Source: Candidatus Gastranaerophilales bacterium (GTDB taxonomy: Bacteria > Cyanobacteriota > Vampirovibrionia > Gastranaerophilales > Gastranaerophilaceae). Taken from it: 64,000 nucleotides of DNA. The stretch spans positions 37,029 to 101,028 of the forward strand of contig CALUUP010000001.1 of assembly GCA_944323985.1 (NCBI GenBank), written 5' to 3'. The notes below the pieces were generated by a model, which had not been told where the DNA came from, did not search any database, and saw only the letters and a list, made by a program, of their open reading frames with translations. Shown piece by piece: positions 40,222-50,168 of this stretch (position 1 is the stretch's first letter; each line of letters begins with the position of its first letter). A program made the position numbers and the translations under genes.

Positions 40222-41594
40222 TATAAAACCTCTGATTTATCTTTAACTTTAGAAGCAATTAATGCTGCAATTACAAGACATAGAGCTCCTATTAAGAATG
40301 TATATTCCCAGTGATAATTAACTCCACCAATAACTTTAAAATCGCATTTGTTAATTATCCAAGAAACTAAAGTGCAAACAAAGACTTGTGGTCCAGCTAT
40401 AAAAATGTTAAAAATACCCATAACAGAACCTTCAGTACCTGGTTTAATATATTGAGAAAGCATTGCAAAAGGTAAAGCACAAATACTAGCCCAACCGATA
40501 CCTGAGATAGCCATTAGAATAGCTACAATCTTTATATTTGTAAAAATTGCCATACCTAAAAACGCAAAAGCCATTGATAACATAGATATGATATGTACTT
40601 TTTTATTTCCAAATTTAACAGAAAGAATTCCAATAGGAATGGCAACTAAGAAACAAACTAAATTAAATATAGCAAAGCATATAGAAGAAAAATTAGTTCC
40701 CGCAAGTACTGCCGCATCATAACTTGCTTTAACAATTTCAGAAACTTCTGACAAATCCGGTACTCCAAAAACAGTATGGACACAATATTGTGTAAAGTAA
40801 ATCATCATACACATATTACCAATCCAGGTGAAAAATTGCATCCAACAAATTTTTCCTACTTCAGGTGATAAAGCAAAAAAATCTTTTAAGGATTTTATAA
40901 AATCAAATTTTTCGTGATTTTCATCTTGTTTAGGTAAAAACCTTCTTTCTTTTATAACAATACAAGTCCATAACATGCCAAGAGAAAAAGCTAATGCTGC
41001 CATTATAAATTGTGCGTTTATCGACATTTGATAATTAAACGCCCATTTTAAAAATGGTGCAGTTCCCGCAGCAACAACAGAACCTAAACCAATTGCTAAG
41101 CTAATATAAGAATTTGCAATAGAATGTTGTTCAGATGGGACAACGTCAGGAACTAAAGCTCTATAAGGACCTTGAGCAATATTCACACAAGCATCTAAAA
41201 TCCAAATCATAGCCGCCGCAAATAACAACGCAGACCATTCTGGAAGATGTAGATGAGTTAATGATCCAAAACAAGTTGTAATATATTCAGAATTAGGCAA
41301 AGCCCAAAGAGCAAGTGCGGAAAGTAATGCTCCTCCAAGTAAATAAGGTCTTCTTCTTCCAAAAATAGAAGTCGTTTTATCACTTAAAGCTCCAATGAGC
41401 GGTTGAACAACCATTCCGGTGAAAGGTCCTGCTAACCATATTAAACCAAATAGAAAAGGTGATGCACCTAAATCTTCAGTCACAGGTCCTGATAAGATTA
41501 TCCTCATTTGCCAAGCAAATTGTAATCCAAAAAAACCTAGCGCAAAACTTAAAAACTTAGCTGTATTAAACCTTTTTAACTCATTTTCTGCCAT
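40221..41594 (-). CDS. MFS sugar transporter (SLC45/maltose-sucrose type)
   Basis: FGLQFAW, IWLAGP.TGMVVQP.IG..SD, GRRRPY, N.AQGPYRALVPD, MGIFNIFI..PQ. Start set after RBS GAGG. Confidence 0.85.
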   Translation of the reverse strand: MAENELKRFNTAKFLSFALGFFGLQFAWQMRIILSGPVTEDLGASPFLFGLIWLAGPFTGMVVQPLIGALSDKTTSIFGRRRPYLLGGALLSALALWALPNSEYITTCFGSLTHLHLPEWSALLFAAAMIWILDACVNIAQGPYRALVPDVVPSEQHSIANSYISLAIGLGSVVAAGTAPFLKWAFNYQMSINAQFIMAALAFSLGMLWTCIVIKERRFLPKQDENHEKFDFIKSLKDFFALSPEVGKICWMQFFTWIGNMCMMIYFTQYCVHTVFGVPDLSEVSEIVKASYDAAVLAGTNFSSICFAIFNLVCFLVAIPIGILSVKFGNKKVHIISMLSMAFAFLGMAIFTNIKIVAILMAISGIGWASICALPFAMLSQYIKPGTEGSVMGIFNIFIAGPQVFVCTLVSWIINKCDFKVIGGVNYHWEYTFLIGALCLVIAALIASKVKDKSEVL

Positions 41595-41648
41595 ATAAAA
41601 CCTCTCCACACATCATACTAACCAGTTTACAAACAAAATGACTCGGCG

Positions 41649-42344
41649 TCAATACAAAGCTATAATGTGTTCAATACCTGTTTTTGCAATATTAAATATT
41701 TCAATCATCTTTTCAAAGTCATAAGGTTCACCTTCTGAAGTAGTTTGAAAATCTACAATTTTACCACTTTTAGTTAAAATCACATTTGAATCTACTTGTG
41801 CGTGAGAATCTTCTTCATAATTTAAATCCAGTTTAATTTCTCCATCAACAATTCCAATAGAAATTGCCGCAATAGCTTCAATTATAGGGTTTTCCTTTAA
41901 ATCACCAGATTTTATTAACTTTTCAAAAGCATCTTTTAAAGCAAGATACCCCCCACATATACTTGCTGTTCTTGTTCCTCCATCAGCTTGAATAACATCA
42001 GCATCTATTGTAATAGTCATACCTGGCATTTTTTCTAAATCTACACAAGCCCTTAAAGAACGTCCAATTAATCTTTGAATTTCTTGAGTTCTTCCGGAAA
42101 TTTTTTCTCGTTCTCTTTTACAACGAGTATTTGTAGATGCAGGAAGCAAGGAATATTCAGCAGTTACCCAGCCTCTATTATCATTTTCATCCATCCACTT
42201 AGGCTTCTTTAAATCAACTGAAGCTGTTACGATAACTTTTGTTTCACCAAATTCAACTAATATTGATCCTAAAGCATGTTTTGTAAAATCGTGTGTAAAT
42301 TTTATTTTTCTTAATTCGTTATTTTTTCTTCCATCTATTCTCAT
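41649..42344 (-). CDS. rph: Ribonuclease PH
   Basis: GWVTAEYSLLP, GRTQEIQRLIGRSLRA, DVIQADGGTRTASI, LDLNYEEDS. Start set after RBS GGAGG. Confidence 0.95.
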   Translation of the reverse strand: MRIDGRKNNELRKIKFTHDFTKHALGSILVEFGETKVIVTASVDLKKPKWMDENDNRGWVTAEYSLLPASTNTRCKREREKISGRTQEIQRLIGRSLRACVDLEKMPGMTITIDADVIQADGGTRTASICGGYLALKDAFEKLIKSGDLKENPIIEAIAAISIGIVDGEIKLDLNYEEDSHAQVDSNVILTKSGKIVDFQTTSEGEPYDFEKMIEIFNIAKTGIEHIIALY

Positions 42345-42385
42345 ATAAACCTCCATACAATAAAATAATTATATCACAGATAAAA

Positions 42386-42416
42386 AATCGAGAGCCCCGA
42401 TGAGGGGCTCTCGATT
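42386..42416 (-). terminator. Intrinsic terminator after MGMxASQ paralog B
   Basis: 13-bp stem aatcgagagcccc / ggggctctcgatt with an A-run on the + strand. Confidence 0.8.
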
Positions 42417-42463
42417 CATATTCGACCAGAATAAAATAAATTTAGGAAAAGGAAGTTTTTTGA

Positions 42464-43948
42464 TTAACCGGAGAATGTTTTGTAAGAAGCTTCGATATTA
42501 TCATTAATAACTTTATCTACAGCTTCAATTTCAGTTGTAATTTGAGTTCTTTCATTATCAAGTCTTTGTAATTTTAACTCTAAGTTTCTATCTTCTGCTT
42601 GAATAATAGACGTTTTAGCGTTAATTTCTTGTTGTTTTTTATCATATTCATATTGAGCATATTCATATTGGTTATATGCATCTTGATATGCTGCATTGTC
42701 AGTTACAGTTTCTGCTGTTAAATCAATATATCTATAAGATATAATTTCTCCAGATGTAGAATCTATAGTTGGTATGCCGATTTTAGTAATTCTACCTTGA
42801 GAATCAAATTCTAACTGACATTTATCTGTTGGGTTTGATGTTGTGTATTTACCGTTAGGTGTGTATGAAAAAGTATCTGCAAATCCATCTGGACTGTCAA
42901 CATCTGATTTTAATGCGAATTGTAATGTTTTTGTTCCTGTTTCACTTGTTACAAGAAATACATAGAAATCATCTTCTGTAATACTTGAATCACTTGAACC
43001 ATATGAATTTCTAATAGCTTCTCTGTATTTTTCCCAGTCAAATGAAGAGAATTCTTCCATCTTTGATGCAGTATTAAAGTCGTATGCAGTTTGACCAGCG
43101 ATAGTAGTAGCTCCTCCATTAGGGTTCGTAATAGTTGTTGTACCACCATTTGCTTTTTGGAAATATTCAATACCTTCCAAAGTTTTTAACGAATATGTTC
43201 CATCTTCATTTGCTTCAACGTATGGAGAACCTTCATATAATGCTGCAACATCTCCAGATGATGTTCTTACATAATAATTACCTAAATCAGAAGATTTTAT
43301 TTTTAAAGATACTTCTTCAGGTCGTTCTCTTAAATGGCTAAAATTTGATTTATCTTCAGCGGCATCATAATCTTCTTTACTAGTCTTTTTAAAATAAGTT
43401 TTACCAGCTTCAAATTTTTCAACTGGCACATAGCCACCAGCAACACGTTCCATATAATTAGAAATATCTTCTTGACCATTAACTAAAGAATCTCCTGAAA
43501 TTTCGGTATTATCTATGTAAAAATCGCCTTCTTGATAAGGTTCATCATTTTTTACCTCATAAATACCAGTTCCTTGAACAAAACTTGGTTGTACTGGGTT
43601 AACAGAGATATCTGCGCCTGCTTTACCAACGACAGAAGAACCATAATTTGAAGTTATAGCTGCACCTGTTGCACTTTGTTGAATTTCTACATTGTATAAT
43701 TCTCCTGAAGGCTTTACGGTACCAATAGTAAATGTAGTTGCTCCATCTGTTCCAGAATACTTAATGGTTGTATAATCATTAGTAGATGGAGGGGTTGGTA
43801 CTGTCATTGCAAGTAAACTGTTATACAATGCAGTGCATTGTTGGGATAAAATTGTTCTTTCTTGGTTAATTTGTTGACCTTGATACTCAAGATTTGATTG
43901 TCTAGCTTGTAGGCTTAATAATCTTGCTTGTGATGCTGACATACCCAT
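42464..43948 (-). CDS. Uncharacterised 'MGMxASQxRLL' family protein (paralog B)
   Basis: MGMSASQARLLSL N-terminus; C-terminal YEY..K..IN.K...I...D..LE...DN.E...F; RBS AAGGAG. Confidence 0.78.
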   Translation of the reverse strand: MGMSASQARLLSLQARQSNLEYQGQQINQERTILSQQCTALYNSLLAMTVPTPPSTNDYTTIKYSGTDGATTFTIGTVKPSGELYNVEIQQSATGAAITSNYGSSVVGKAGADISVNPVQPSFVQGTGIYEVKNDEPYQEGDFYIDNTEISGDSLVNGQEDISNYMERVAGGYVPVEKFEAGKTYFKKTSKEDYDAAEDKSNFSHLRERPEEVSLKIKSSDLGNYYVRTSSGDVAALYEGSPYVEANEDGTYSLKTLEGIEYFQKANGGTTTITNPNGGATTIAGQTAYDFNTASKMEEFSSFDWEKYREAIRNSYGSSDSSITEDDFYVFLVTSETGTKTLQFALKSDVDSPDGFADTFSYTPNGKYTTSNPTDKCQLEFDSQGRITKIGIPTIDSTSGEIISYRYIDLTAETVTDNAAYQDAYNQYEYAQYEYDKKQQEINAKTSIIQAEDRNLELKLQRLDNERTQITTEIEAVDKVINDNIEASYKTFSG

Positions 43949-43993
43949 AATTTTGTCTCCTTTTTTCCTTTTCCTGTTTGTTCTATACTCCGT

Positions 43994-44020
43994 ATATCGA
44001 CATTTTTTTCTTAAACTTTA
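43994..44020 (-). promoter_or_regulatory. Sigma28 (FliA)-type promoter
   Basis: TAAAGTTT-N11-GTCGATAT, close to the consensus TAAAGTTT-N11-GCCGATAA. Confidence 0.65.
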
Positions 44021-44081
44021 GGTTTGTATAAAAAATATTTACAAAAATTTACAATTAAAAAATAATACTCTAAAAGATTGA

Positions 44082-44360
44082 TTGAAAAAAATCTATATAA
44101 AAGTTATTCTATGCTTAGTAGAGGTTTTTGTGAAAAAAGATGTTTTAAGAAAAAAAATTCTTCAAAAAGAGTTAGAAATAAAGAAATTACATTTACAACC
44201 AAAATCAGAATTGATTAATGATTTGTTAAACTCATTAATACTAGAGAAAGCTATATTAAAAAAAGAGCTTCAAAATCAGGAAACAAATATAGTTATTGAT
44301 AAAATAAAAAAATTTTTTCAAAAAAAAGAAAAATTAATTTGCGATTATTTTAAAATCTAA
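44082..44360 (+). CDS. Small basic hypothetical protein (start uncertain)
   Basis: 92-aa helical ORF upstream of the tkt-ftsEX operon. Confidence 0.45.
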   Translation: MKKIYIKVILCLVEVFVKKDVLRKKILQKELEIKKLHLQPKSELINDLLNSLILEKAILKKELQNQETNIVIDKIKKFFQKKEKLICDYFKI

Positions 44361-44410
44361 ATTAAGAAAATTTTCCTTGTTTGTGATATAATCTTGTTAC
44401 GAGGAATTTT

Positions 44411-45358
44411 ATGTTAAAGATAGATTATAGTAACAAAAAATCAATAAGAAGAGCTTTTGGAGAAATCTTAGCTGATTTGGGTGAAACAAATCAAGATATT
44501 GTTGTTTTAGATGCTGACTTGTCTGGTTCAACTCAGACATCAATATTTGCAAAGAAGTTTCCAGAAAGATTTTTTGATGTAGGTATTGCCGAACAAAATT
44601 TAATTACAACGGCATTAGGACTTTCTTTAGAGGGTAAGATCCCTTTTGCTGCAACATTTGCAGTATTTGCAACAGGAAGAGCTTATGATCAGATAAGGAA
44701 TTCAATTTGTTACCAAGGTTCTAATGTGAAAATTATAGGAGCTCACGGGGGAATTACAGTCGGTGAAGATGGTGCTAGTCATCAAGCTTTGGAAGATATT
44801 TCTTTGATGCGAGGATTGCCAAATATGATGGTAATTTCGCCTAGTGATTATATTCAAACACAAAAAGCTATAGAATATGCTTCAAAGCACTTTGGACCTG
44901 TTTACATAAGATTATCAAGATTAGAAGTTCCATGTGTTTTTGATGATAGTTATGAATTTAATCCACAAAAAGCTATAGTGCTAAAAGAAGGTACTGACGT
45001 GACCTTAATAACAACAGGGGATATTTTGTCTGAAGTTGTCAAAGCTGTTGAAAAGCTTGAAGAAAAAGGAATTAGTGTAGAATTAATTAATATTCCTGTT
45101 ATAAAACCTTTAGATTGTGGAACAATTATAGATAGTTCTAAGAAGACAAAGTTTGTTATTACAATAGAAAACCATTCTATAATTGGAGGATTAGGTTCTG
45201 CAGTGTGTGAATGTTTGTCTGAGAATAATCCAACTTTGGTTCATAGAATTGGTATAAATGATTCTTTTGGTCAAAGTGGAACACCAGATGAGCTTATTAA
45301 ATATTATAAATTAGACGCTGAAAGTATTACAAATAAGGTTATAGAGTTAATAAGATGA
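44411..45358 (+). CDS. Transketolase C-terminal (pyrimidine-binding) subunit
   Basis: LDADLSGST, FDVGIAEQN, YDQIRNS, GEDGASHQALEDI, GPVYIRL, ENHSIIGGLGSAV. Confidence 0.9.
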   Translation: MLKIDYSNKKSIRRAFGEILADLGETNQDIVVLDADLSGSTQTSIFAKKFPERFFDVGIAEQNLITTALGLSLEGKIPFAATFAVFATGRAYDQIRNSICYQGSNVKIIGAHGGITVGEDGASHQALEDISLMRGLPNMMVISPSDYIQTQKAIEYASKHFGPVYIRLSRLEVPCVFDDSYEFNPQKAIVLKEGTDVTLITTGDILSEVVKAVEKLEEKGISVELINIPVIKPLDCGTIIDSSKKTKFVITIENHSIIGGLGSAVCECLSENNPTLVHRIGINDSFGQSGTPDELIKYYKLDAESITNKVIELIR

Positions 45359-46032
45359 TACAATTAAGATCTGTTACGAAGAAATATAAAAATAATTATG
45401 CATTAAAAAATATAAATTTAGATATTTTATCAGGAGAATTTGTTTTTATAACAGGAGCTTCTGGTGCAGGTAAATCAACATTAATGAAAATGTTATACAA
45501 AGAAGAAACTCCAACAACAGGTACTGTATTGATAGGTGGTATAAACATTGCTAATTTGCCGCCAGAGAAAGTGCCGAATTTAAGACGTTGTATGGGGATT
45601 GTTTTTCAGGATTATAAATTGTTACAAAACCAGACAGTCTATGATAATATTGCATATGTCATAAGGACATTGGGAATAAGTTCTTCTGATATTAGAACTC
45701 GTGTGACAGGAGCTTTGAAGGTTGTAGGTTTACTTGATAAAGCAAAGGCAAAACCAACGGAACTTTCAGGTGGAGAACAACAAAGAGTTAGTATTGCAAG
45801 AGCTCTTGTAAATGGGCCTCCTTTATTAATTGCTGATGAGCCTACTGGGAATTTGGATCCAAAGAATTCTTTGGAGGTAATGCAGATACTTGAGCAAATT
45901 AATCAAAGGGGAATTACGGTTATTGTGTCAACACATGATTATACATTAGTTGATAGGTTTAGAAAAAGAGTTCTTACTCTGGAAAAAGGTGAGATTGTAC
46001 GCGATATTCAGGCAGGTACTTATGGACAATAA
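45355..46032 (+). CDS. ftsE: Cell division ATP-binding protein FtsE
   Basis: GASGAGKST, GIVFQDYKLL, LSGGEQQRVSIARA, ADEPTGNLDP; followed by ftsX. Confidence 0.9.
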   Translation: MIQLRSVTKKYKNNYALKNINLDILSGEFVFITGASGAGKSTLMKMLYKEETPTTGTVLIGGINIANLPPEKVPNLRRCMGIVFQDYKLLQNQTVYDNIAYVIRTLGISSSDIRTRVTGALKVVGLLDKAKAKPTELSGGEQQRVSIARALVNGPPLLIADEPTGNLDPKNSLEVMQILEQINQRGITVIVSTHDYTLVDRFRKRVLTLEKGEIVRDIQAGTYGQ

Positions 46033-46930
46033 TAGGCAACAGTTAAAGAAACAAGTAAAGAAGCATATTCCAAAAGATTGGTTATGCGAACTTCGTATTG
46101 CGTATAGGATTGTTAAAGAAGCAGTTAATGATATAAGAAGAACTGGTATTGTAAATTTAGTTATTATAACTACAATGGCTGCTATATTAACAATATTTGG
46201 GGTTCTTTTTAGATTTACGTTGTCTTTGTCTACCTTTGCAAATGAGTTAGGTAATGTATTAGAGATTTCGGTTTATTTAAAACCAAATACTTCTCCTGAA
46301 ATAGTTAAAGATAGAATAAAAGAAATAAAACATGTTAAACAAATCACATTAAAAACAAAAGAAGAGTCTTGGAGTAGTTTAAAACAAGAATTAGGTTTAC
46401 ATGACGTAGCAAATCCTTTACCAGATACCTTACGAGTACGTGTTGATAAACCGGATAATATAGCAGAAGTATTTTCTCAAATAAAACCTATTGCAGGTGT
46501 AGAAGATATGGGATATGCAAAAGATTTGGCAAAAAAAATGCAAGTATTAACTAAGGTTGTTAATACGACGATGATTTTTGTAATAATAATATCAGGTGCT
46601 TTGACAATAACTATAATAAACAATACAATTCAACTTGTTATTCAAGCAAGAAAAGAAGAAATTGAAATAATGCGTTTAATGGGTGTAAGTAATTGGTATA
46701 TAAAAACACCATTAATAATGCAAGGTGCTTTTTATGGCTTCGTGTCTTCTATAATCGCAGTATTACCATTAAATTGGGTACAGGGTTTGTTGATAAATGT
46801 TCATAAATTTTTCTTGATACCAAATCCTGTATATGCTCAAAATATTGTTATTATAACATTATTGTTAATAGGTTCAGCATTTGGTGCTATGGGAAGCTTT
46901 TTATCTATTAAAAAGCATTTACAAGTATAG
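46022..46930 (+). CDS. ftsX: Cell division permease FtsX
   Basis: Four TM helices; NPLPD; I.NTIQLVI.ARKEEIEIMRLMGVSNWYIKTP..MQG. Start set at MDNNR. Confidence 0.9.
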   Translation: MDNNRQQLKKQVKKHIPKDWLCELRIAYRIVKEAVNDIRRTGIVNLVIITTMAAILTIFGVLFRFTLSLSTFANELGNVLEISVYLKPNTSPEIVKDRIKEIKHVKQITLKTKEESWSSLKQELGLHDVANPLPDTLRVRVDKPDNIAEVFSQIKPIAGVEDMGYAKDLAKKMQVLTKVVNTTMIFVIIISGALTITIINNTIQLVIQARKEEIEIMRLMGVSNWYIKTPLIMQGAFYGFVSSIIAVLPLNWVQGLLINVHKFFLIPNPVYAQNIVIITLLLIGSAFGAMGSFLSIKKHLQV

Positions 46931-46939
46931 ATTGAATAG

Positions 46940-47746
46940 GTGATAATTATGGATAAAACAATAGAATTAGTAAATGGCGTAAAAGATATTCATGCAATGC
47001 CAAGTGTAATAGTAAAGGCATTAAATATAATGAAAAAACCTACAGCAAGTATGAAAGAGTTAGGTGATATTGTTATGTATGATCAATCTTTAACAATAAA
47101 ACTTCTTGCGTTAGTAAACTCTGCTTATTACGGTTTTTCTCAACAAATAAGTTCTATAAATATAGCTTTATCTTTATTAGGTATGGTGAAAGTAAAAAAT
47201 ATTATAGTTGCAGTAGCTATGAAACCAATGATGTCTAATCAAGGAGATAAAGAACTTTGGAAACATTCTATGCGTGTTGCCGCAGGTTGTGAATATTTGG
47301 CAAATGTAACAAAAGTTATGGATTCGGATGAAGCTTTTATCGCAGGTTTTGTACATGATGTAGGGAAATTGGTTTTGCATATGTCAAATGAAAAATTGTA
47401 TACAAAAGTGATAGAAGCTGTTAATGATGGTGCTGAAATAGTTGACGCTGAAAGAAAATATTTTGATTCAGATCACGTAAAAACAGGATCTTTACTTGCA
47501 AAAAGATGGCAATTACCAATTTTATTAGCTAATATTATTTCTTATCATCATAGTCCTTCATTATCTTCAATTCCTGTTCCTTGTAATTTGGTTTGTTTGG
47601 TAGATAAGTTAGTTCAAACGAATTATAATCCTAATAATTTAGATAAAGATTTTATTAAAACTTTAGGTATAGATTTTGCGGATATAGATGATTTAAGAAA
47701 TACTATAATGCAAAAGGCTGAATTATTGATATCTGAATTGGCATAG
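46940..47746 (+). CDS. HDOD domain protein
   Basis: DQSLTIKLLALVNSAYYG, LWKHS, AFIAGFVHDVGKLVL, LAKRWQLP...ISYHH. Confidence 0.85.
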   Translation: MIIMDKTIELVNGVKDIHAMPSVIVKALNIMKKPTASMKELGDIVMYDQSLTIKLLALVNSAYYGFSQQISSINIALSLLGMVKVKNIIVAVAMKPMMSNQGDKELWKHSMRVAAGCEYLANVTKVMDSDEAFIAGFVHDVGKLVLHMSNEKLYTKVIEAVNDGAEIVDAERKYFDSDHVKTGSLLAKRWQLPILLANIISYHHSPSLSSIPVPCNLVCLVDKLVQTNYNPNNLDKDFIKTLGIDFADIDDLRNTIMQKAELLISELA

Positions 47747-47754
47747 GTTTAAGG

Positions 47755-48942
47755 ATGTCTAATAAAATTATATTAGCTTCAGATGATGTTGATTTTTTTG
47801 AATATATTATTCAAAAACTTAAAATTAGAAAAAGTGATGAAATTTATAGATTTAATTATGAGTCACTAATTAAAAATTATCAGTTGATTGATTCTTCATT
47901 AGTTATTTTAAATAGTGAAGTTCTAAATGGTGATATTTATGAAATTTTAAAATTATTAGAAAATAATCCTTGTATTGTTTTTGCATTAAATGATAATGAT
48001 GAAATAAAAAATAAGTTTTTGAAAAAAGGAGCTGTTGATTTTATTACACCTTTTAATACAGATGAAGATATTCAAATTAAAGTTAATAAGGCGTTAAAGA
48101 TAGTTTCTCTTTTGGATAAAAACAAATATTATAGAAAATTTTTAGAAAATAATAATTTTATTTCTAAATATAATGAAGTATACATAGATTATAAGTTAAT
48201 TTTAGAGATGGAATTAGAGCGTATTAATGAAAGTTCAATACCGTCTGTATTAGTTGCAATTTCTCCAAATGAAAAATCAAAATTTTTATTAAGTTCTAAT
48301 CAAATAGAATTAGCTATTTTGAGTTGTATAAGAAAAGATGATATTTTGATGACTTATGCTGCAAATAAATATTTTTTATTGTTATATAATACAAACGTTG
48401 AAGCAGCAAAAAATATATGGAAAAAGATAGTATCTAAAGTTCCAGAGAAGATCTATGCTGGTTTTGCAAGTGTTTTATATAAAAAAAGAGAGCATTTAAT
48501 TAATGAGGTTTTAAATCGATTACATGAAGCTATAAATAATGAAAAGAGTTTGGAAACAAATAAAGATTTCTCAGATTCGTTTGCGAGTATTAATTTCAAA
48601 AATTATAAACAAGAATATGAAAAAAATTTAGAAAAGATAATTATTCCAGTTTTTTATCAAATTCAGCAAAAGTATAATAATAAACTGTGGGGGATTAATG
48701 TTTTACAAGAAGTAGAAAATGGTGTTTATCGTTTGTTGTTAAAGAGTAAATATCGTAATGGAGAACTTAAAATAACTTCTCCTGGTTTTTCTAAAGTTCT
48801 TATTGATGTAAATTATTCCAATAAATCAAATTCGCAAAGAATTTCAATAGAATCAGATGAATTTGAGGCGGGCTTTTTAGAAGATGTAATAGAACAATTT
48901 ATAAGTGATTTTAAAAGAGAGGTAGAAGATGGCAATACTTAA
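47755..48942 (+). CDS. Receiver-like plus degenerate GGDEF-like domain protein
   Basis: KIILASDD and GAVDFITP (receiver pattern); IRKDDILMTYAANKYFLLL where RyGGDEF is expected. Confidence 0.5.
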   Translation: MSNKIILASDDVDFFEYIIQKLKIRKSDEIYRFNYESLIKNYQLIDSSLVILNSEVLNGDIYEILKLLENNPCIVFALNDNDEIKNKFLKKGAVDFITPFNTDEDIQIKVNKALKIVSLLDKNKYYRKFLENNNFISKYNEVYIDYKLILEMELERINESSIPSVLVAISPNEKSKFLLSSNQIELAILSCIRKDDILMTYAANKYFLLLYNTNVEAAKNIWKKIVSKVPEKIYAGFASVLYKKREHLINEVLNRLHEAINNEKSLETNKDFSDSFASINFKNYKQEYEKNLEKIIIPVFYQIQQKYNNKLWGINVLQEVENGVYRLLLKSKYRNGELKITSPGFSKVLIDVNYSNKSNSQRISIESDEFEAGFLEDVIEQFISDFKREVEDGNT

Positions 48943-49477
48943 TATAGAGGATAGTTTGGTTTTAATAATAGATGTTCAAGAACGATTATTAAATGCTGTT
49001 TTTAATAAAAATTTGTTAGAAAAGAAAGCTGAAATAATTACAAAAGCTGCTAAAATATTAGATATACCTGTATATCTTACAGAACAGTATCCTAAAGGTT
49101 TAGGATCTACTATTTCAGTAATAAAAGATGTTTTAGATAAAGAAAATTGTTGTTTTGAAAAAATTGCTTTTTCTGCGCTTGAAAACAAAGAATTATTGGC
49201 GGCTTTAAAAAAAGAAAATAAAAAGCAAATAATCCTTTTTGGTATAGAAACTCATATATGCGTTAATCAAACTGCAGAGGCTCTTATTAAGGAAGGTTTT
49301 GAAGTTTGTGTTGTGAGTGATGCTTGTGGAAGTCGTGTAGAAATGGAATATGCTGCAGGGTTAACTAGAATGAAAGATAATGGAGCTTTTATAATTACGA
49401 CAGAAATAGCTTTATTTGAATGGTTAAAAAGTGCAAAACATCCAAAATTTAAAGAAATACAAAGTTTAATAAAATAG
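48929..49477 (+). CDS. Isochorismatase family hydrolase
   Basis: LIIDVQERL, TEQYPKGLGST, GIETHICVNQTA, DACGSR. Confidence 0.88.
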   Translation: MAILNIEDSLVLIIDVQERLLNAVFNKNLLEKKAEIITKAAKILDIPVYLTEQYPKGLGSTISVIKDVLDKENCCFEKIAFSALENKELLAALKKENKKQIILFGIETHICVNQTAEALIKEGFEVCVVSDACGSRVEMEYAAGLTRMKDNGAFIITTEIALFEWLKSAKHPKFKEIQSLIK

Positions 49478-49580
49478 TTTTGAATTTTTTATAGATATCC
49501 TTTAAAAATATGTAAAATCTTGATTATTTTATTTTTATATATTAGAATACCTAATGAGATGAGTAGAGGGTGTATTTGAT

Positions 49581-50168
49581 ATGAAAAAAGCTTTAATGAT
49601 TGCTTCGGTTTTATTTATTGCGGTTATTTCAACAGCGTGTATAAATAATATCGCAGTACAGGAACTTAATAATAAAGCTGCAGAATATATGGAAAAAGGT
49701 GATTATGAATCAGCAATGGATCGTCTTCAGGCAAGTTTGGATTTAGATGCGACCATGTATGAGACTTATTATAATTTAGGAATAGCTTCTATAAATGCGA
49801 AAAAATATGAAAAAGCTATAGAAGCTTTTGAAGGTGGAATTAAAATAAAGCCTGATTATTCTGATTTTTATTATTCTTTAGGTTTGGCACAAAATGATTT
49901 AGCAGAAGAAATATTGGAATCAAGTGTAAGTGATCAAGAAGAGGATATTGATCAAGAACCTAAGAAAGAAGATATTTCTTCCGATAATGAATCTGAGTCT
50001 ATGGATGAAGGTAAAATTTTGAAGTTGAAAAAGTCTAGCTTAGAAAATTTGAAAAAATATATAGAAATGTCTCCTAATTCAGATGATAAAGATTCTGTAA
50101 ATTCTTTAATTGCAGAATTAAATGAATATATCAGTAAAAATGAAAATAATAGTGTAGAAAAGGAATAA
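49581..50168 (+). CDS. TPR lipoprotein
   Basis: Lipobox ISTA-C; TPR repeats (YYNLG). Confidence 0.75.
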   Translation: MKKALMIASVLFIAVISTACINNIAVQELNNKAAEYMEKGDYESAMDRLQASLDLDATMYETYYNLGIASINAKKYEKAIEAFEGGIKIKPDYSDFYYSLGLAQNDLAEEILESSVSDQEEDIDQEPKKEDISSDNESESMDEGKILKLKKSSLENLKKYIEMSPNSDDKDSVNSLIAELNEYISKNENNSVEKE

